Below, piece after piece: positions 47,214 to 64,000 of a stretch of DNA of 64,000 nucleotides. Position 1 is the stretch's first letter, and each line of letters begins with the position of its first letter. Origin of the DNA: Thalia democratica (Eukaryota); contig OZ241826.1 in assembly GCA_965202585.1 (NCBI GenBank), positions 88,908,001 to 88,972,000 of the forward strand, written 5' to 3'. Made by a program: the position numbers and the translations under genes. Below the pieces are notes generated by a model. That model was given only the letters and a program-made list of their open reading frames with translations, was not told the DNA's origin and did not search any database.

Positions 47214-47470
47214 CAGGGGTCGGCAAACTACGACCCGTCAAGCCAAATTGTCTGCCCTGCGATGCAATTTTAGCGGTGTTGATATTTTTGCAAACAATAC
47301 AAAAACGTTGCGGAATAAACTTACAGTTAGGGTTTTGTTTAAAAATAATTGGTAGTTTGATGTTATTGCATACTTTGTTTATAATAGAACTGTTGCATGA
47401 AAGATTATAGTTTTTACAAGCAACTGTGGCCTGTGGAAGATTTTTTTCTATTGAGTTCGCTACGCGAGAT
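47214..47470. mobile_element. hAT (Charlie-like) MITE remnant
   Basis: CAGGGGTCGGCAAACTACGACCCG left end; the right end is degenerate. Confidence 0.4.
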
Positions 47471-50400
47471 TGTTTCTAGGAAGTTTGACCTTTTATTAAA
47501 AAAATGAGTATTGATAGGTTTACTGTAAATTTGAAAGAAATTATTAAGTTTGTACACGTTAAAAGCAAAAAAAAAACATCATAAAATAAAACTAAAAGTA
47601 CATTTATGCACAAAGCTAACTTATTCATCAAAAGGAATGCTTTAAATACTCGGTATAAAAAATAGTAACAACTGCAATAAAGTATGATTAGTATTTCTCA
47701 AAAGTAAGTCTCAAAAAAATCTCTTTAAATAGACTGTATCGAAAAATTTTAATACTATGTGATGCAAGATATCCTAAAATTTGATTATACATTCGTATTA
47801 ATTCCCAACAGGTTTTGTTTATTGTCTTTTCATTATATTTTATTAAAATATGAATTATGGCAACTTTCCTTAGTTTATCAAACCATCATCCAATAATTAA
47901 AGATATGTAAGATTTCAACTGAACACACAGTTTAGTCTTTTAAACTATTTACAAACTACTATCGTAAAGCTTTTCAACCAAACACTTGCTTATATGTGTT
48001 TTAAGAAAATATTGATTAAAAATCATAATAATATTTTATGTATTTTTTACTTTAGAGATTACAATAACAGTTAACGACTTAATAAAAAACTTCTTTTTGA
48101 CTAAGGTTTTATTATTTAACTGAGAACATCGTTTAAATCATTTCACAAGAGTAAAACATTGTTTTGACAATAAAATTTTAAAATATAAACTAATATTCTT
48201 GTTCAACTTAAATAAATTGTAAACTTTTGTTGTTCTGTGGAACAATTCGTTTGAAAATAAAAGTAAAATAAATTCAGATTAATTAATTTGTATTACTGAA
48301 TTCTAAGTTTATTTCTAAACTGACTTATTGATTTTTATTATAATAATATATTTTAAACTAGTTTTAAAGGTAAGTAGTATAAATATTTACTAGCTAGCAA
48401 GCTTGGAGGCTTTATTACCTATTTTACGAAAATCTAAGGATTTAAAACTTTCAAAATTTTGTTATTAATCGTTTGAAATTTTTCTAATATTCTATCGTTG
48501 TTTACATTCACAGGTTTTAAATTAGTCACGAAAAAAGCATATTTTCTTTATTTAATTTCCTTTTGAATCGAAGTTTTATTTTTAATCATTATTTATTTTT
48601 ATATTTTAAGTACTAATTAGTTAAATAAAACAACACAATAAGTTCATCAAAAGAGTTTATTAAATAACTAAATGTAAAAATATCGAAAAACTAATATTAA
48701 CTATAGAAACTGGTTTTAAAAAAAAATAATAAAAGATAACACGCAAGTAAAGAGTAAAGTTAGAATAGGAAATACTGTACATATTTTTTATATCTGGTAT
48801 ACCTTTAAAAACAACAATTTGTCGTAATACTGAAAATTATCTCTTTTATGTTTGTACTATTAAAAAAACTAAATGTGAAACAAAAACTTCCAGTGAACTT
48901 TTAAAATATGGTTATAAATTTGTTTCAGAAAATACATAATTTACATAATGAGTCATGTTTTACCAGAATAAATATTTTCACAAACTAGCTCGACAGAGAT
49001 AACAATTTATATGAAACATTATCTATAAGGCTTTATTTTACTGCTAGAAGTGTTTGTTTTAATCAAAATATAAAGTATATAAATTTCTATCATAACCAAA
49101 GAAACAACACACAATAAGTGTTATCGTAAGTTTAAGAACCATTTTGTAAAAATAAATTATAGTTAACTTACATTTAATATAAATTATATAAATTTACTGC
49201 TATTTAACTTTTTATCAAAAAAACAAATTTATTTTTATGCTTTTCTAGGTATTGAAAAGTTAAAGAAAAACTAGTATGAAACTATTAGTTATAAGAAATA
49301 TATCTTTATTAACAACAAAGATGATACTACAATGTTAACTGGATTGAATTTATTTTAAGTACGAACATTTTTTGCCTGTTTTTATTTATTTGATAGCGTA
49401 AAATAACTTGATACCATATTAGTATAACTGCTTCAATTATACCTACTTTATCATTAATAGTATTACAAGTTAACTTTACTATTTAAATAAACGTTTTTAA
49501 GTATAGATAATTTACATGTCATATAAAGTTGAACTCATAAAACAAAAGCATTAATATACAGCAAATATGTACAAAAACATCTAATATGTTTTAACAATAA
49601 TATATACAAAAATACAACCATTTATTGTAAAGTATATAATAGTTTATATATATTTATATCTTTTATGTACAACATATATTTACAACGATTAAAACAAAGT
49701 AAATTATTAAAACCGTAAAACTAGAAGTTTACTGCTGAAGTAAACTGCTTATAAAAGACCTGTTTTGATAGGAAAAATAAATATTCAGAGTTATGACTAT
49801 TGTTTAGCAATTTACGATTTAAAAATATGTTACAATATGCTATTAATTTTTATTATTTTAAGTTAAAAAAAATTAATACCTTTCTCAGTCTTAGATAAGC
49901 AAGTTTTGATAAATAAAAAATTATTAACTTTCTATTTTAGGAAAAATAAGTTTTTTTTTTATTATATTAACTTAGTATTTACTTACACTCTTATGCTTAA
50001 GTAAACAAACAATATTTTTTAACAAAACTTTAACTTTTTGTCAAAATACAAACTATTATATATTTTATTTAGAAAGCTAATCATTTTTACTTATACAACG
50101 ATAGTTCTTTCAGAACTCTCTAAAACTTTTTAGAAATTAGTAATATAAACTAAAACAAAATAGTCATTTTACCTTACCTCGGGTAATGAAAAATTACCTA
50201 TAGAGAAAGAATAAATCTTCACATAAAATTGCTCTCTAGAGACAGCTAGCGGACATATATTCCAACACTTACACATCGAGTTTGTATATGTAGAGGAAAA
50301 TGCAAACTTTTTATGGTATACGAACGTATAACTTTTTTTCTTTCGATGCTGTAACTTAATGTCAAATGCTGAAAACCCAAAGGCTTTCAAAAGGATCAAA

Positions 50401-51443
50401 AAATAGTCAGCTGGTTTTCAGCTAAAAAACAGCTTTATAGTATATAAATAGTACACAAAAGCACTCTAAAATAATGCCTTTTCTAAACTATAAAGTTAAT
50501 TATTTCAACAACTTTCTACCATCAAAGGCTGCTGTTTAAAGTACGAATAAGTACTTTGAGCTGTGTCATACAAAACACAAGAAAAATAGCTTGAACAAGA
50601 CTCACTTAACAAAATAATGTTAAGCATTTTCATCTGAAACACGAACGAATCGCGCAACATGAAAAGATAACATTTTGATTAACCAAACACCCTTAGATGG
50701 ACTCAACTTACATTAACCGCTTTTTGGTCTAATCACATAAATTAGAACAAATGTATAATAACAAAGAAGATGTAAAGCTTTAGTACTAACAGCACCAAAG
50801 AAAATTTGCAATAAACAACAAGGTGATGTTAAAATAATGAACACCGTTCACAACAGATCAATATTTTACTGTAAGTTTTTTGAAATAAAATTTAAGTGAT
50901 TAAAAAGATCTAAAGAGTGTGATTTAGCAAATTAAAACTATTAAATACTGATTTCACCAACATATTGTAAGTTTTGGTAGAAAAGTTATTTTTAGAAATG
51001 TTTGTTTAATTATTAAAAACTTAAACTTTGATTACTTTTTGCTTGATTTTGATTTAATAAGAAAGTTTTCGGAATTATTAAAAAGTTAAATTTCAATTTG
51101 AAAAAAAATACTATCAATCTGTTATGAAGGATTTAGAACATCACTTCATTTCAAGTCAAAATAAAACTTGAAACAAAAAATAAACATAATTATAAAATTA
51201 ATACTTACTCAAAAACATTATTCAGAGTAAATTAAAGTCTCTATTTTTCAAAAAAGTCTCATTAGTAAATCATTTCTGAAAAATCCCTTTATTTTAGCAT
51301 CAAAAGGGCAATTCAAAAAATTCTAGTTTAAATAATTCCACCTCAGCATAAAAAGGTAGTTCCCCATGTTTGAAAACCTACTGCTTGTTTTAAGGAAAAC
51401 ATGGGAGTTCGATTCGAGGGAATCTTCCTTAATCGAACAAAAT

Positions 51444-59503
<8,060 letters not shown>

Positions 59504-62500
59504 TTATTTATTTATTAATGCTAACTTGTAAAAACAATTGATAGTATTAGTTATTCTAACTATGCACACTGTACGAGATATTGATTTAAAATGTTAAGTT
59601 TTTAATGATGGAAATCAGCTAAACTCGATGTTTTGTTTTGTTTCACGCGTAAAAGTTATAAAAAACTTAACTATTTTTAGTCCACTTAGTGTACATTTTG
59701 TATGACTGATATACAAAGAAAAGTTGAATTAACTTGAAGTTTAAAGCAAAATATCTAAGATTTATTTTGTACTACTTTAAATAAAAATTGGTCTTTAAAT
59801 CCAAAATTAATTATTTCTTCTAGTTTTGTATTATCTTAGTTAGTTCATAAAATTATATAATTAAAAAAACAGTTTTTTAATAAATTTTTTAATAAAATGG
59901 TTTTATTTAGTTGATGGTGCTAACTTTTAAAAATAAATTGGTAGTATTAATTTAACTATCCGGTTTAGCTCACCAAATTTGTTAGATGTTTAGTTCAAGT
60001 TGTGTACAGCACTACTAGTTCATAAATTGATTATTTTTACGGTGCAGTGTATTATATAATATATGTTTATATATATATTATGCAGTTAGCTCATAAGTTT
60101 ATAACAAGTAATGAAAAAAACAGTATTTTACTACATATTTAAAACTATCATAAATCAATACTTTTTTGTTTAAAAATCATCACTTTTTAAATCAGCATTA
60201 AAACCTAGCTAAATAAATCAAAACTTATTTAAGGAACTTTTTGTAAACATGTGTCAGTTAATGTTTAAGAACTGAACTTAGCATTTGAAGTAAATCAAAA
60301 TAAAGATCAGTAAGACAAAGTCGCTTTTAAATCCAGCAAAAACGCAAGAGCGCTGAAAAAATCTGAAATTTTAATCATGCATTGACGTCACACAAAGCCG
60401 TTTTGATAAAAAATTCTTCAAAATCGCTGCGATAAAAGCAAAGTTGACAGCTGACTTGCAAAAATAATTTTTCACAACTTTTCAAAATAAATTTACACGC
60501 GGTCGCTTCCGGCTTAGCCCGTCACAAAGCTGACAGTTTTATTTTCGGGCGCTGTCAGTAGCCTAAACAGTAAAGGTGCGAAAAATTTGCACGGTGGAAG
60601 CGTTAATTCGCAAACACATGAGACAAGGCTTGCATGCGCCGGCCGACATTCAAACAATGAAAACGTTTAATAAAAAATTGCTCGACGCGCTCGTCAGCTG
60701 TGTTTATTTAAATTGTGCAAACAAAAATAACCGTGCCCGACGCGCAGACACGTGAAAAACTGCGATTTCGTATTTTTTTTTCTGGCTCCTCGAGTGCACT
60801 CGAAGAAGACTTGAGCGCCTATTTGAACTGGGTGCTTGTTCAAACAGGAGCAGTTGTGCAGACATACTTGATATTAAATATTAATATCAGGTGAAATGTA
60901 ATTTAGCGTGTAAAAATTCGAAGAATTGCAAAAATAGCAAGCCGGTGAGAAGGTGGCTGAGAGCCTGTGGTATGTGAAATATTGAAGAGATTTTTAATTC
61001 AAACCAAGTATTTTAAGTTTAGATCAACTGTTATCGCGTGAAAAACTTTACTGGGCAGAGTATGAAAATTAGTCGTACACAAAACCAAAGCTTGGTATCT
61101 AGAACTGTTATGCATAATTGACTTTTCTGCTGTTAATCCCAGTAAGTGGCACAAAAGAAAGTCGCACCGATTTGACGAACGATCTAAAGCAAAGGTAATT
61201 TGTACGAATTGAACCCATCGAATTCCCTTTGAACTTTGACCGTTCAAACTCTTCTTCTTTCCATTTCAACACCTATCAGTTGGAAACTTTGATGACGTAT
61301 CAGTCTCTTTGCGCAGATGCATGGCTCAAATACACAAGCGAACAATTAACCTTTGTTAACCCATTCTTTTTCGCTTCATCAGCAAAAACAGTCGGTACCG
61401 TCGAAAATTTTTTTTTTTAATTTTTCAAAGCTGCAGGGTCAGCAAAAGAAAGAGAAATTTAATTTTCCGCATACGTGGCTAAAGGAGGCCTTTTAATCGG
61501 TAATTTTGTTTTGGCCAAACAAATCAACAAAAGTTTTTCGGTGGCCAAAAACTAAAACAATGGCAGCGAGCTGTTTCGTTGTTTACACTCAAAAAACGGT
61601 TTGCTGAAAAAAACAATTTTCTCTGTTTTTGTTTTTCGGCAGAAAATTGTTTATTTCTGTTCCCTTTTGCTTTCTCTGAAATACCAGTAGCTTGGTACTG
61701 TTGAAAACTAAAATCAAAAGAAATAAATTAATTTCACTCTGAGGAATTCCGTGGGCGGACAAACAATACCGAGCACGCTTTTCTTGTTTGTTTAAATTAA
61801 AAAAAAAATATTTTGTAATGCTATTTAATACGCTTAAAGTGTGCTGAAACTCTACTTAAGTTTGATTTTTCTTCAATTTCACACTCACCCTGCGTAACTT
61901 ATAGCTTTGTTTTCATTTTACTAATTATATTTAACCTTGACTTGATACCTTATACCAGTTTGTTTGCGAGAAAAAAGTTTTTAGGAATAGAATTTTTCAA
62001 ATGACTTACATAAGCACAATGACAATTGTTAAAATCATTGAAATTTTTTCATGTGAATACATAGGATATTCGGGAGTTATTACTTGAGTTGCGTAAGCCA
62101 GATACTTATTTAAATTTTTTCCTACTGACAGATCTATGCTGGACAGACCTTACATAAGACCTTACTTATCTTGTTTTAGAGCTGGCCAAGCTGTAAAGTA
62201 TTGTTCTGTGTGAAAGTGCGCATAAAAATACGAAACGAAACATTTGATTTTCTTATCTCGACGGTGACATTACTTTGTCACAATCTCACCAGCCTCGGCA
62301 TTGTAATGACAGTTCTTCGCAGCGTTGAAAATTTTATCACGGTTTAGTTTTAAGAGCACGGATTATATATATGGAAGTTGGAATATTTTTGTTTTTTGCT
62401 GCAGATGGGTTTTCGCTTACATAATTAATGTTTTCAACTCGCATGCCATTTAAGCGCCAAGGTGTTTTCTGAAAAAGAACTAAAAAAAAGGAATAAAGAG

Positions 62501-64000
62501 ATTTTAATCGCATTTCCAAAGCCATAGCTGCCGTTTATAACACTCTGCGCTACGAAGCAAGCAAAGCTTTCAGTTTATTTGTACACAAAACTTCTTGTAC
62601 AACTAAATATATATTAAGACGTTTCGACACTTTTAACTTTTTCAAAAACCTTTTAAACTTTGGTGTGAGGTCGGTGGAGAGTTGGTCACGACAAAACAGG
62701 CGGTTGTTTTTTTTTTCATCTTTTGAAAAAAAATACTTAGAAACAAACCGCTGAGACGGCCATCGCACAAACCGACGCTTTTGTAATCGATTTAAAATTT
62801 TATCTGAGAAATCAGAAAGTTTCCAGCACGTGCGCACTGACACCGCAATTCAGGTTGATCTAATTAAGTGCTGAAAATTTTCGTAATATAATAATTATTT
62901 AGAACAGACTTTTTAGAGCTGCAAAGAAGAATATCGTGGCGCGTAAACAAAAGAAAGTTGTTATGACTGAGACCTTTTTCATGCATTCGACGCTTTTTTA
63001 TTTGACTCATTTTTGACATTACACACGTTCGGTTCGTCTTATAACTTGGTTTTCTTGCAAGTCGGCTCGTGATGTGTACTGTGACGTAACATTTAAAAAC
63101 CTGATTGAACTTTTCGAGAGACGTGATTGTGATTTTTTATTGCAGTCGCTTTTAATTGGGCGGTTTGGTATTGTTTCAATGTTTCCTGCTACATTTTGCA
63201 AAAGCAGCAGCAAAAATAACTGCAGGGAAGCAATCAAGTGATTTCGGTTTCATTAGTGCCTTGAAAGGACAGGAAAATTTTGTTGCGAAATAAGTGACGT
63301 CACTTTGCACCGCGATGCTATAAATAATCTTGTTTCCGCAATTAGCGTTTCTGTGTGTCGAAATAACATTTTTTCGAGCTATTTTCGCGCCGAGGAAGTG
63401 ATTAAAACAGGCATCAATAACCAAGCTGTAAAAATAAAAACTGACTTGTACTAAAAACAGTTTTGACGGTTTGAGCCGAGAAAAAATTTTAAACGGAAAA
63501 TTTCAGTAATTTTAGTATTAATAGTAGCTGACTTGTTTTACAAGTAAATGTTTTAAATCTCAGATGGGAACCGATTGTGTCAAGCGTTGAAATTTATCGA
63601 AATTTAAACTCAAAATCGTGTTAAGCGTTGACCTTATCTCTAAATTTAATTGCTCCTCGAACTATTTTCACACTGAGCTAATTTGTTGTGACATCAGTTT
63701 AGAGTAATTACCGGTTAAATTGAAACTAATTGTCGCGCTATGTTATTAAATTCAAAAACAATAAGCCTTGATGTTAAATTTCACGCCTCGTCGAAAATTT
63801 TTACTTGATTTAAATTATTACAACTTGTTTGGCATTAGGCTGCTTTGTAAAGAAAAACAAAGAGCGAACTTAATTATCGCGATTTCTTGTTTTACTTGTA
63901 TGCAAATTAAACAAGGACTTGATTTTGTGTCAGCAACTGTCAACTCTTTTGTTGGCAAACTAACAAAGACGCAAACATGCATTTTTGATTAAAATTAACA

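Noticed and set aside
51401-51440. GTTCGATT as a tRNA T-loop
   Set aside because: No cloverleaf, D-arm or acceptor stem; it is one arm of a simple hairpin.
60789-60803. Perfect 14-bp palindrome TCGAGTGCACTCGA and related hairpin at about 55691-55717
   Set aside because: Too short to assign; probably MITE remnants or chance within CpG-rich patches.
61200-61420. Missing CSL NTD exon (KKKSLN resembles KKKQSLKN)
   Set aside because: An in-frame TGA lies just upstream, and there is no further NTD similarity or usable splice sites.

Overview
AT-rich eukaryotic (invertebrate animal) genomic DNA with GT-AG introns and often GC-rich exons; the taxon cannot be fixed from sequence alone. Left to right: the last two coding exons of an unidentified minus-strand gene (3800-2807); a 12-unit ~145-bp tandem array (about 7260-9075) whose units look like repeated exon-plus-short-intron modules and contain a 437-bp higher-order repeat; an intact Penelope-like retroelement (RT + GIY-YIG, 10146-12797, minus) with a minimal hammerhead ribozyme motif just upstream on the opposite strand (12819-12858); a 5-exon thymidylate kinase gene (21754-24275, +) followed 434 bp later by a 9-exon ACOT9-like acyl-CoA thioesterase gene (24710-33599, +); an accessory zone (about 34800-41200) with two orphan ORFs and candidate micro-exons; and the 3' six exons of a CSL/Su(H)/RBPJ gene (59490-51444, minus; NTD exons not found, presumably beyond the window). 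The CSL protein is atypical: an apparent ~27-aa insertion and an E-to-V change at the start of the CTD, plus a ~180-aa P/Q/S-rich tail. Several MITE families (Kolobok-like, hAT-like, foldback) are scattered throughout. No tRNA, rRNA or CRISPR array was found. All translations, alignments and counts were done by eye.
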